Of a DNA stretch of 64,000 bases, positions 45,125 through 57,570 are shown in pieces. Every line of letters begins with the position of its first letter. Positions within the stretch are counted from its first letter, which is position 1. The position numbers were made by a program, and so were the translations under genes. Source of the DNA: the human T2T-CHM13v2.0 reference genome, Homo sapiens. Below the pieces are notes generated by a model, which saw only the letters and a list, made by a program, of their open reading frames with translations, was not told the origin of the DNA and did not search any database. The stretch is from the NCBI RefSeq assembly GCF_009914755.1, contig NC_060926.1; one strand, written 5' to 3'.

Positions 45125-47410
45125 TATTTTACATACAAGGAAACATTGGTATTGGTATCATATAATATGTTATGACAGAGGGAGAGAGAGAGAGAGAGAG
45201 GAAGACTTTTGGCGTTAGCTTTCTTCCTTTCTGGGTCAGAAGTTGTGTATATGTTCTAGGGTCATGCTGAGATCTGACAGTATTTACAAATGTGGAGCAA
45301 AAGAGAGAAGAAAAATATATTGCAAAAAGAGAATTATTACTCTTTTCATGATAATTACCCCAGGTGAGGTATATATGGCCTCATTATATAGCCTCTGAGT
45401 AATATGAGAGACTTCATTAGACAGAGAAAGAGAGCTGGTTTCCACTAGCAAGGGATAATCGTTGAGAGTGGATGTTAAGGGTACTCTGAATTGTCTAAAT
45501 CGATTGAATTGAGTTTGTCCAATTTTCAGTTTCCCACTTGTTTTTATTCAATGCCTAGAGCTGCACATACAAGGCGTAATGATGTTGTGAAATCAACTTC
45601 TCTTGTCATGCAGCACCCAACTCACTCACCACATTTGTGGAATGAGTGTTGAACAAGTTGATCTCTAAACTGCACAAACACACTATTATATGTGCACAAA
45701 CTAAACCATAAAGGCTCAAAATCATATGGCATTTAAACAAAAATCTATGCCTTGGAAGTCTTTGCTGAGGTAAGAGCGTTTCATTTTTCTGTTTGGAAGT
45801 ATTTATTTACCACTTATTGCTTATAATGAACTCTACGTAACATGCTATTTTGTCCATTATTTTCAGAGGCCTGTGGAACTATATCTATTGTATCTCAGAA
45901 CACTAGAAAAACATAAAGCAGCAAAATAATTTTAGCAAAAATAATTCAATTTGAAGCAGATGAATAAAACATGAAAGTGTCACACTAGATGCAAATCACC
46001 AAGTTAGGCTGATACAGCCTTCAATTGATCATATCTATCAAGAGTGCTCAGAGAAGGTAAAGTAGGATCTAAAATTAATATTTGCTAGACGGCTTTGATT
46101 TATATTTTTGCAAGTTCCCTTATGTCAAAATGCCATGTTAAAGAAATGCATTTTATATTACATTTCAGAAATCACCATATAAATGTTTGCCTTTTATTGA
46201 AATATGAATTGTTTTAATATGCTTCTGAAGCTGAGATAAAAATTGCTTTAAAGTATTGGAAAATATAATTTTAAAATTGTTGCAAAATAGCTAAAATAAT
46301 ATCTCCTGTCACCTTTTTCACCTATCTCCCTTCCTCACTCCATGGCCTTAAGAGACATTCTACTCCACCTAATGAGTTAATTTTCTGTAGGGGAAATATC
46401 ATTTCTCTACAGGAGAATCTGTTGCTTATTTCAAATGTAGCATTAAGAAGCTCAGTATTAAATAATGAGTTGCAAGCTTAGGATCCAAAGACAAACTGGA
46501 ATTTAGATTTATAAAGAATGATCACTATATTTAGAAAGTCTAATTTCAGCAAAATCAAGGAATATTGTTTAGTTAAAAGATACAGTGCTCCCAGAGACAG
46601 GATATAAACAATAAATCTTTCTTAATAAAGAACCCACATGCTATGTAATTCTCACATAATTAATCTTTGAGACTCCTAAAAACTTTTAGAGATATTTTGA
46701 GGATTTAAAATATATATTTAACTAAGAGTACTATTGGAATGATAGCTTGGCACTTTATGTAATCAAAATATTCTAGGTTAAAATAGATTTGAGGATTAAA
46801 AATTAAAAAAGCGAAGTTCCCCACCTGTCTCCTATTGTGTTCCGACACGATTAACAAACCAGCATTTCTTTTCATAACATCACATGAAAACTATTTGACT
46901 TAGAAAAGTTTTTAAGAGATCTTCTATTCAATAATGCCTGATGGTTTGGTGATATAAATTAAATATTCTACAGTTATATTTTGATCTTTTTTAGTAGTAA
47001 AAATATAGAAGAAAATCAAGAATAGCATTGCAGTGTTAGAAGAGGGTTAATGTTTGCTAAATCAGTACTATTTTTTTTGGAGATAATATAGTGCTGTCTA
47101 TATTTGGCTAAAAATTAAAATATCAAAACTATAAAATAGGACATCACCATCACCTTAAACAACTGTTAGTAAATTTCAGGTGAAAATAGTAAATATTTAT
47201 GATAAAAATTACAAAGAAAGTTAGAGGTAAGAAGGTCTAGTAGTAAATGTTTAACCAGGTGCACTTCAGGAAGCTGTATGGAATTAATTGGATGGGTCTA
47301 TTGTATTTATAACATAAAAAATAGACACTTTTGAGAACAGAAGGCCAGCATGCTAACAAAATACAGCATAATGCTTCCTAAAGTGTTCTCACTTCCTTCT
47401 GTGAAGGAAT

Positions 47411-48632
47411 CTGCATGTATGGTATAGTTGCATGTGGGATACAGCTGCACGTCTGGTATACCTCCATGTGTACAGTGAAGCTGCATGTGTGGCATAGCAG
47501 CATGTGGGATACAGCAGCATGTCTGGCATACCTTCATGTGTGCAGTTAAGCTGCATGTGTGATATGGGTGCATGTATGGCACCGCTGCATGTCTGGTATA
47601 CCTGCATGTCTGCAGTTAAGCTGCATGTGTGGCATAGCTGCATGTATGGCACAGCTGCATGTCTGGTATACCTGCAAGTCTGCAGTTAAGCTGCATGTGT
47701 GATATGGCTGCATGTATGGCACCACTGCATGTCTGGTATACCTGCATGTCTGCAGTTAAGCTGCATGTGTGATCTGGGTGCATGTATGGCACCGCTGCAT
47801 GTCTGGTATACCTGCATGTCTGCAGTTAAGCTGCATGTGTGGCATAGCTGCATGTATGGCACAGCTGCATGTCTGGTATACCTGCATGTATGGCACAGCT
47901 GCATGTCTGGTATACCTGCATGTCTGCAGTTAAGCTGCATGTGTGATATGGGTGCATGTGTGGTACAGCTGCATGTCTGATATACCTGCAAGTCTGCAGT
48001 TAAGCTGCATGTGTGGTACAGCTGCATGTGTGATGCAGCTGTATGTGTGGTACAGCAGCATGTCTGGTATACCTCCATGTGTACAGTGAAGCTGCATGTG
48101 TGGCATAGCAACATGTGTGGTACAGCTGCATGTCTGATATACCTGCGTTTGTGCAGTTAAGCTGCATGTGTGATATGGCTTCATGTATGGCACAGCTGCA
48201 TGTCTGATATACCTGCATGTCTGCAGTTAAGCTGCATGTGTGATATGGGTGCATGTTTGGTACAGTTGCATGTCTGATATACCTGCATGTCTGCAGTTAA
48301 GCTGCATGTGTGATATGGGTGCATGTTTGGTACAGTTGCATGTCTGGTATACCTGCGAGTCTGCAGTTAAGCTGCATGTGTGATATGGGTGCATGTATGG
48401 CACAGCTGCATGCCTGGTATACCTGCACTTGTGCAGTTAAGCTGCATGTGTGATATGGGTGCATGTGTGGTACAGCTGCATGTCTGGTATACCTGGATTT
48501 GTGCAGTTAAGCTGCATGTGTGATGCAGCTGTATGTGTGGTACAGCTACATGTGTGGTCTACCTGCATGTGTGCAGTTAAGCTGCGTGTGTGATACAGCT
48601 GCATGTATGGCACAGCTGCATGTGCAGTATAG
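47411..48632. repeat. Higher-order minisatellite: 17/19-bp subunits in a ~70-bp unit
   Basis: gctgcatgtctggtata + cctgcatgtctgcagttaa + gctgcatgtgtgatatg + ggtgcatgtatggcaca repeated ~17 times with variants. Confidence 0.95.
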
Positions 48633-48909
48633 ATGTTGCCACCTCAGGCATTCGTGTCTGCTCATGCTACAAAGCTGAGGAAGCAAAAAGTAAATAGACA
48701 AAGCATCATGTTAAAAATAAAAGTCAGCACATTTGAAAAATAAATATAGTAAAATGAGCTCAAAGTGCTCTTATTCTTAAATGAACAAATTCCAATGTCA
48801 CAGACTTTTCTTCTTGACTTAATTTTTCTTAAATAAGTCATCTGAAACATAGAAGGTCTATCATGCCCATTTAAAGATACTGCTATTATTTTCTGACAAA
48901 AATATACAG

Positions 48910-49160
48910 AATATATTGAGTACTTAATACGTGTGAAATGCTATTTTAAGCATTTTGTAGTGTACTATCTCATTTAATCCTCTCTCTCTCTCTCAGAATT
49001 AGATAACAGCATCTTCATGTTACAGAGCAGGAAATATTGTTTGGAGATATTACATTTTTTTTCTAAATTCACAAAGTAAGTAGTAAGCCTGGAAGTCCAA
49101 TTTTAGGGTCTCTGACTTCAGGTCTTCAGATCCCTTGCTTTTAGCATTGCACTATGATCT
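48910..49160 (-). mobile_element. MIR
   Basis: tattgagtacttaatacgtg, tatctcatttaatcctc, catgttacagagcaggaaa, tctgacttcagg. Confidence 0.6.
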
Positions 49161-49220
49161 CCTTTTCCTACATGACTCCATTAATCTCACAATTCTCCAT
49201 GAGTAAAATTTCTAACGCAC

Positions 49221-49524
49221 TCTTTCAGTTTTTTTTTTTGTGGTATTACAGCAAAATACCTGAGACTGGGTAATTTATAATGAACAGAAATCTATTGGCT
49301 CACAATTCTGGAGCCTAGAAAGTCCAAGATCAGTTGCCAGCATCTGGCAAAGGGTAAGAGATGGCAAGAAGGCCCAAGCTCACACTTTTATAACTGCACC
49401 AATCTCATCCACAGGGTCCCCATGGTTTAGCCACCTCTGAAATGTTCCACCTTTTAATACCATCACAATGGCAATCAGATTTCACCATGAGTTTTGGAAG
49501 GAATGAACATTCAAAAAATAGTAC
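49221..49524 (-). mobile_element. MSTC/MSTD-type MaLR LTR
   Basis: aaatacctgagactgggtaatttataatgaacagaaat...aaagtccaagatc...catgagttttggaagga...cattcaaa. Confidence 0.75.
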
Positions 49525-49747
49525 ATACATTTTTATTTTATTAACTGCAGTAAAATACACATAACATGACAGTCCCCCAGTCCAAGCCCTAGCAATGGGA
49601 GTGAGGAAGATTTCAAGATGACAGCACCCTTGCACCACATGGTCTGCCTGTATCCTCATGGGAGATCTGAAGCCAGAAATGCATGGTCACGCCCCATCAA
49701 ATTCCTGGCCTATAGATCATGTCAAAGACAATACATTATTTCCATCA

Positions 49748-49867
49748 CATGTGTGGTATAGCTGCATGTGTGGCACAGCTGTATGTCAGGTATAGCTGCA
49801 TGTCTGCCAAACCTGCATGTGTGCAGTGAAGCTGCATGTGTGGCATGGCTGCATATATGGTACAGCT
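49748..49867. repeat. Short sister array of the 47.4-48.6 kb minisatellite
   Basis: About 7 subunits, including cctgcatgtgtgcagtgaagctgcatgtgtggca. Confidence 0.9.
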
Positions 49868-49994
49868 TTCCACCTTCGTGGAATGTGACTAACAGACAAG
49901 GGGCAGCAAACTCAGAATAAATCATCTCATCCCCAGCTTCAGAGTCCTCAGAAATTCCCTCAATGTTTCCTTTCTGTGGTTTGGTAGCATGAAC
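49868..49994 (+). repeat. Direct copy of 50640-50766
   Basis: caaggggcag.aaactca.aataaatcatctca...tcctcagaaattccct...ttcctttctg.ggtttggtagcatgaac shared by both. Confidence 0.9.
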
Positions 49995-52220
49995 CACAGT
50001 CACATCATTTGAAGTCACATAATTTTAAAGTGATTTGTTATATAGCACCAGATACCTTTAAAAATCCATCATATTTGTTTTTCTATCTTTGTAATAATCA
50101 TGTGAGATGGTCCAAGGACAATTATCCTCATTTTAAAGATTTAGGGACTTAGAGGAATGAGAAAATTCTGAGTGGGAAAGTAGCTGAGCAAACTAAAAAC
50201 CATCCTAAGTTCAGCATTCTTTTCACATCAAGGAACTTCTGATAGTGTTATCATTGCTAGTGCATATCCTCTTCTCCAACTGTGTAACCCCAGAAGTTTC
50301 TGATAGAACAAACAAGAAATATTGGAATAAGAATGGCATGATCATCAGGTTTAATTAAAAGAGCACAGTGGTGGTTGTTCGAGTTCACCCAGTATCCTCC
50401 TCGTGTTCCTCACTCTGGTAACAATCATAAGCTTCTTGGCCACAGGGGTGGATGTATGATCTAGAGTATGACATCTTTCAGTGGCCTAACATGGTCTAAG
50501 ACTAAGCATCATTGGAGGTCTTCTAGAGAGTTTTTCAAACTAGAACCGGTGGAGTAGATCCATTTTCATCTTCACTCATGAAGCTAGAAGGTGAAAAACC
50601 ACAGCATCTGTGGCTGTGCTCACCGTCATGCAAACAGTCTTCCACCCTCATGGAGCATGACCGACAGCCAAGGGGCAGAAAACTCAAAATAAATCATCTC
50701 ACCCCCAGGTTCAGAATCCTCAGAAATTCCCTTGATACTTCCTTTCTGAGGTTTGGTAGCATGAACAAAAACCTTCCCCTTTGATGGCTTAATCATTGCT
50801 TTCACTTTTAATCAAGATTCTGGAATAAAACAAATAGCTTCTGTATGGGGAAATATTCCCACAAATCAGTCATGGTGAGAAGTGCTTCCATAAATGAAAA
50901 GACTTTTAACCCTAATGACAACTATGCAAAGAAAGTTTCATTGTTATCTATTAATAGTGACAACAATGCAAAAATAAATATTGTTATATGGGCAGGTGCA
51001 TGTGACTGACAAGGATTAAGAAACTTTCCACACAGTTGGTAATCAGCTGAGCCAGGTTGTAAACACAGATATCTCTGACCTCAATATTCATGACTTGAAT
51101 GTAATAATAGCAATCCCAGTTGAATCTGAAACAGATCTACACACTTAAAATACTGGGAGTAAAAAAGATGAACTAAATACTAAGCTTTAAAGAATGCTTT
51201 GTAAGCAGTGTCCACATGCTTTTTAAAGAAGTTTTTAGAGAAGATCTGTTGGAGACATTGGTTATGATTTGTGCTTGCCAAATACATAAACTCTACAGGA
51301 TGTCCAAAGAGCTTTCTCCTACAACTTACCAACCCCAGCATGCAAAGCCATGATAACACCTAGCAAACTGCCTGGTGCTCTGGAAGCCCTGCATGACCCA
51401 AGGCAAAAAGAAAACAATGAAAACGAAATTGCTGGAGTTCACATGGATTAACAAAATTTGGTATTTTTACAACACTCCTCTGTCTTCCAGAATATTTTTA
51501 TTTTGGTTATATTTTATCACTGTTTGTACTTTCTTGAAAGGTTTTATGACCACAGCTCTGCATTCAAAGAAATGAAATTGCCGTATTTTCCCTTGTTTTA
51601 TTTATTTTATTTTTTCAAATATCTACAATGTTGGTGTATTACTAAACCCTCATTTCAGAAAATGTTGGTCAAAAGTCATATTGATTGCCATAACTGCTAG
51701 TTAGACCACATTGAATCAGGCAATGGTAGTAAGTTTGGGAAATAAAGCAGTGTGATGTGGAAGTAGTCATTAAGAAAATGATGTAGATTTGTCACCATTC
51801 TTTCAATGAATGGTCTCTTCCTACCCTTTTTTTAGAGAAATAAAATAAACTCAATCACTAAATTTTACCAGATGGGACCAAGCTCTTTTTGAGGTTGGAA
51901 TTGCCTTCTCCTTTACTCTCTCCCAGCCTGTAGGTTTTCTTTTCCTTTTCATTTTTTAATTTCTTCACAAATCAGATATGCCAAAATTTTGTTATAATTT
52001 ATTATTACTGCATTTGAAAAAAAATTAACTAACAGTTAGCAAGTGCTGAAAATGGCTTTCAAAGGCCATCAAGCATTTTGCAAAACTTCTGCTTCCATAA
52101 TTCAGAAATCTGTATTTTAAGGAAAAATTTATGTTTCTGTTTGATTTACATTTAAAAGATTATCCAGCATTTTTGTAGGGCCTGTTTGATATATTGAGTC
52201 ATATATTTATTTTCATTGCA

Positions 52221-52308
52221 AGATTGTTTCATCTTTAAGTATTATTTGCTGAACCAAAGGAACAGATTGTTTCATCTTTAAGTATTATTTGCTGAACCAA
52301 AGGAACAG
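52221..52308. repeat. Perfect 43-bp tandem duplication
   Basis: agattgtttcatctttaagtattatttgctgaaccaaaggaac at 52221 and 52264. Confidence 0.95.
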
Positions 52309-54089
52309 CAAAGAATACTACGCCTTTTGTCAGAGATGTCAAGCCTGAACATTTTGAATTAGTTATAGACTAGTCCAACTCTGCTTTAAATCTTAATGGA
52401 CTTATAAACAGCAAGGGAAAGCAGGAGATCTAGCATAATAACTTTAGAAAAATGAAAAGTATTTTAATAGCAAGAAGTTTCTACTGTTTAAAACTTTACA
52501 TTAGCAGGAAGCTGTCTATATGAGTCACAATCTTTATTTAGCCAAGGTTACCACTGAGAGTAATTCGAAAAGCGACTTTTGAAGTCACGTATGGAGCATG
52601 AAGTAATCTACATCTCCACACCTACTCAGCATGCACAATTATCACTGCTAGTCTGATAAAATATTCTTATTATACCAAACACGGTATACAAGCAGGGAAG
52701 CTTATACAAATGTTTTCTCATTCCTCATCTCCAGCCAATCATTCATCCTTTAAAACTTGAAGAACATTTTCTGTTATTGTTTCCTAGGATGAACAGAAAA
52801 TATTTCATCTCAGGTAGGAGTGTAAGTGGAGGTCTCTAAATCTAAAAAAATAAAAAAGAAAAGAAAAGAAAAGAAAAGAAAATTCCAACCAGGCAAACAA
52901 CAACAAAAATACTTTTCTATCTCCTGAGCAATTCTGATTCACCTGTGCACCCAGCAGATGTCAATCCATGAATGGATTCTGATATTGATCCTGATTCTAA
53001 GCATCTGTGAATTAATTTTAAGAAAATTAAATTAACATACATAAAAACTACTCTGAAATCCAAATATTCTAAATCTATTATTTATAATATTGCTATTCTA
53101 AATAATAGTGAAGAAAAATAAATCACAAGAGGATTGCGTGGACCCACTGAAAGCTAAGGCAGGAGGTGAAGGGTAAATGCGTACTTGCGCAGGCCGGGAG
53201 AAAGTAAGCAGAGTGGCTGGGGGGTGGCACCAAGCACAATGCTCAACACGAGTCCCCCACAGCCACCCCTGACTCCTGGTCCTGGCCCATCTAATACTAG
53301 TGCACATGACTAGTTAAGGACTAGTGTAACCTGGTAGTTAACAGTCAGGTTTTGCCAGAACCTCATTTTTCTGATTCTAAGTCCAGTGTATTGTCTACTA
53401 CCTACTTCATTCCAAGTTTTCAAATGGAATGTTGCCATATTGAAATTTATTTTAAGCTTGTCAGATAGAAAGCCTTACAATAATGGTGAAACAAAGTTAT
53501 CTTAGACTCTATTAGGATGTTTTGCAGAGTTCAGAAGCATGTGAAGAAGTTTGAAAAAAAAATTAAAAAACTTCTCTCAAAAAGAATTGATTAAACAGTA
53601 TTTTCTAAGGGCGCTCCTGTGTCTCCAAGGATTTAAAATTTCATGCAAATAATCTGAACTGCCTAAACCAATAACACTGAATTAAGGTAATAGTGTTTTG
53701 CCTGTCAGCGAATTGCTATGACTTTCTGTATGAGCTCAGTCGACCAAATCTGGACATCACAACTTTCTCCTATGATATTTAATTCCCAGAGTATTATGTT
53801 CAGAACCTCAAGGTAGATAAATTGTATTTGAGAAACATGATATTTTGGGAAGAAAAGGGAGGATGGCTTTCCAAAATGAAAGGAAATAAAATAAACATCA
53901 TATAAATTGTATAATTACCACAACAAAACTTAAATACAAGATATCAAATAAAGAGAATATTGACATTTACATGGCTTCTAGAATACTATGGATAGAACAA
54001 TTTATATTCATGATCTCGAATTTACCAACAATATTTTAGTCTCTTTGTTTATGAACAACTAAGTGTTCATAAAATTTAGGGATAATAGA

Positions 54090-54320
54090 ATTCTTAAGAT
54101 CATAGGCTCTGGATCTGACTGCTCCAGTTTGAATTCCAGAGTCGCCATTTACGACCCATACAAACTTAGGCAATTATTTGATTTCTCTAAGTAGTTTTAC
54201 CGTTTGTAAAGTGGAGATTATACAAATACTAAATCTTGGATTATGATGAGGATTTAACATAAGTAATCCATATAAAGAGCCTAGTTAAGTACCTGATACA
54301 GGGTGTGTGACCTTGCATTG
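54090..54320 (+). mobile_element. MIR
   Basis: ttaagatcataggctctggatctgactgc...tttgaattcc...tgtaaagtggagat...atgaggatttaa. Confidence 0.7.
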
Positions 54321-54493
54321 GATAATCTGGTTGTTATTAAGACAATTATTTTAATAAAATTTGTTTCATTTTGGAAATCTCTATGGCATGCTGGATAGAG
54401 GGACAAATGAAGTTTTGTAGTATGCAAAGGACTTTCAACTAAGCCAGTCTGTGAGGTCATTTTGCTTCTGCTCATTAGAAGCTGATGGGAATT

Positions 54494-54800
54494 GGCCAGG
54501 TGAGGTGGCTCATGCCTGTAATCCCAGCACTTTGGGAGGCAGAGGCGGGCAGATCACCTGAGGTCAGGAGTTTGAGACCAGCCTGGCCAATATGGTAAAA
54601 CCACGTGTCTACTAAAAATACAAAAATTAGCTGGGTGTGGTGGCACGTGCCTGTAATCTTAGCTACTTGGGAGGCTGAGGCAGGAGAATCGTTGGAACCC
54701 AGGAGGCGGAGGATGCAGTGAGCCTAGATCACACCACTGCATTCCAGACTGTGTGACAAAGCAAGACTCCATCTCAAAAAAAAAAAAGAAAAAAAAGAAA
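54494..54800 (+). mobile_element. AluSx-like
   Basis: Alu dimer; TSD agaagctgatgg/agaagttgatga. Confidence 0.92.
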
Positions 54801-55067
54801 GAAGTTGATGAGAGTATATAATAATTACAAAATCCAATCATAGTGATAACAATTTTGTAAGTAAGTTAAAGTAATTAACAATTTATATAGGGCTATATTT
54901 ATTAATGCATTATACATTCTACAAGAAAAATGACAGTATCTGTTGTGTTCAATATTATATCCTTATAGAGTAGGTACTTAACAAATATTTTAAATAAATT
55001 ACTGAACCTACACTTGAAAACTCTCTAAATGAAGGGATGTTAGGTTTGGTCAGGGTTTACTTGTTTA

Positions 55068-55380
55068 CAGTATCTCAGGTTGCCATAACAAAATACTTGC
55101 ATTAAAAAAATACTGTTGCTTAAGTAACAGGAATTTATTTCTCACAGCTCTCAAGGCTGGAAAGTCCAAAACGAAGGTGCTGGCTGATTTGTTTTCCTGG
55201 TGAGGGCTCTGTCCCCGGCTTGCAGACACTTGCCTTCTTTCTGTATTCTCATAAGTTAAGGAGAGAAGAGACAAAACCTCTTGTGTCTCTTTTTGAAAAG
55301 ACACTGAACTCATCATGACGACTCTACCCTCAGGACTTCATCTAAACCCAAGTACCTCCAAAAGGCCCCATCTCCAAGTA
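55068..55380 (-). mobile_element. MLT1A-type LTR (truncated)
   Basis: ttgccataacaaaatac...tttatttctcacagctc...ggtgagggctct...aggccccatctccaa. Confidence 0.7.
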
Positions 55381-55721
55381 ATCTAATAAAATATGACACA
55401 GTGACTTAAACAACAACATTTTTTTTACAGTTCTAGAGGTTGGAAGTTCAAGATCAAAGTGTTGGCAGGGTTAGTTTCTCCGGAGACTTCTCTCCCTGGC
55501 TTGTAGATATGCCTCTTAGCTATATCCTTACCTGGTCATTTCTCTGTATATGCACATCACTGTGGTCTCTTTTTTCTAATAAAGACACCAGTCATATTGG
55601 ATTAAAGCCACACTCTGACAGCCTCATTTAAATTAGAAACTTCTTCAAACACCTTATAATTACATAGTGATGGTTGGAATTTCAATATGTGGATTTGGAG
55701 ATGCACAATTCAACTATAACA
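55381..55721 (-). mobile_element. MLT1B-type LTR
   Basis: gacttaaacaacaac...caagatcaaagtgttggcagggtt...gacaccagtcatattggatt...cacaattcaactataaca. Confidence 0.7.
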
Positions 55722-56499
55722 GATGTAATTTCAACCATTTCTTACTTCCCTGCCCACAAATAATATAAAGCAATACCCATCATTAAATGTCATATACATA
55801 CAACTTTTATAGTTTCCATGATATTATTTATCTAAAACTTCATAATCTGTAAAAAAGTTGGATTTCTGTATTATTTATGTAAATTTATTTGAATTCAGGA
55901 AAAACTATTTGGATTATCTTAATAAGTATTCCCATTAATCACTTTATATCTGATAAATGTTTTGAGTTTCTAATATGCTCAAAGCACTATTCTAGATACT
56001 GCGACTTTGGCCACAATACAAAGAGAAACAAGAAGTTCTAAATTTTTAAAATATGCATTTAATTGCTTTTTAGAAGCCTGACTTTAAAATCATTATTCTA
56101 ATTAATATGACTTTGACCTTGAAAAAGATTTAATTTATTTAAGTGTTTGTTTTTCTTCCTTTAAATGTGATATTCTTACTATCTAATTTACAGGATTGGG
56201 ATAACATGATGAAATGACAAGTATGTAAGATGGCTGTGATGCATGAAAATCCATACCCATCTAAAGGGTTACATTATTTTCACAAGACCAGAGTCAGAAA
56301 TGATATAAAATTATGATTCCAGTAATGTCACATAGCCACTGAAATTGCCTTTTCCCTGGATACATTTATCTTTTCCTTGGGCTTTAAGAAACCGCATGTT
56401 CGAGGTATAGAAATAAACATCTGATATTCCAGAAATCCCAGAAGATAAGATAGAAGAATCTGCATAAATCTACAATCCTTTTAAAATGAAGAGGGACAT

Positions 56500-56916
56500 T
56501 GTATTAGTTTATTATTGCATTGCTATTAAAAAATACCTAAGACTGGGCAATTTGTGAAGAAAACAGGTTTAGTTGGCTCATGGTTCTGCAGGCTATACAG
56601 GCACGGCTCCAGCATCCGCTCCTGGTGAGGCCTCGGGAAGTTTCCAATTGTGGTGGAAGGTGAAGGGGCGGCAGGTGCATCATATAGCAAGAGCAGGAAG
56701 AAAAGAGAGAATGTGGGAGGTGTCACACTCTTTTAAACAACTAGATTTCTCTTGGACTACCAGAGCAAGAACCCACTCATCACCAAGGGGATGGTGGTAA
56801 GCCATTGATGAAAGATCCACTGCCATGATCCAATACCTCCCACTAAGCCCCGCCTCCCACACTGGAATAACATTTCAACATGAGATTTAATGGGGACAAA
56901 TATCTAAACCATATCA
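56500..56916 (-). mobile_element. MSTB solo LTR
   Basis: tgtattagt...ctaaaccatatca termini; TSD gacat/gagat. Confidence 0.88.
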
Positions 56917-57570
56917 GAGATGGAGATGCAAGACTGTCTTGAACTTGACGTTTAGAAGAGAAAAAAAGAAAGAAAAACAATCACCAGAAATTGTTAACAA
57001 GACTTTCATATTTATTTGGAGATATAATTGCTTCTAATGCATTGTCTTAAAAAACCAATCAAAGTAATAAAGTGTCCCTGAGATAGCAGATATCTGGCAG
57101 AGGTAACACTTTTTCTCTAGAGGAACACTTTTTTATAGCCAGTTCTTAAATGGTTCCCAAAGATAAAGTTCCAATTAATACAATCACACTGTCTTAAAAT
57201 CATAAACCACTAAAGCAAAAAGTACAATAAGCAAGTCAAATAAGTAAAAAAGAAGTTTTAGAATCAGATCCACAAAGCAAGAAAATATGATAGTCCCCAG
57301 AATATAAAATAGGTAGGTTTAATATGTTAAAACAAACTGAGGAGGGTGCCAAAAATTATCGCTGGGAAATAAAATAAACAGGCCCATTTGATACAGAAAT
57401 TAGAATTCTGTTTTCTACAGAAAATAGAGTTTTGATAAAGAAATTAGAAATCTATTTTTCTACAGAAAATGGAATTTTTGAGATAAAATGTATTAGGTAA
57501 AATTGTTAATCAATGCAAGAGTTAATCAGCTGATAAAACAATTGTTGAGATTGAAAATAGATTAGTACAG

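Larger units (their letters stand above)
49600..50060 (+). mobile_element. MLT1F/G-like LTR 3' part split by a composite insert (49748-50002)
   Basis: aaattcctggcctataga...aatacattatttccatca on the left joins tttgaagtcacataattttaaagtgatttgttatatagcaccagata on the right. Confidence 0.6.

Noticed and set aside
47307-48254. Repetitive Cys/His/Met ORFs; CRISPR-like or p53-site array
   Set aside because: The ORFs are minisatellite translations. There are no unique spacers and the DNA is primate. Most CATG cores mismatch RRRCWWGYYY at two positions.
53130-53300. Small CpG-containing patch as a promoter
   Set aside because: Too short and CpG-poor for an island; the NRF1-like tgcgtacttgcgca has the wrong spacing.
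55068-55721. Apparent tandem duplication of an MLT1 LTR
   Set aside because: The two halves carry different subfamily-type motifs (MLT1A-like and MLT1B-like), so they are better explained as two elements.
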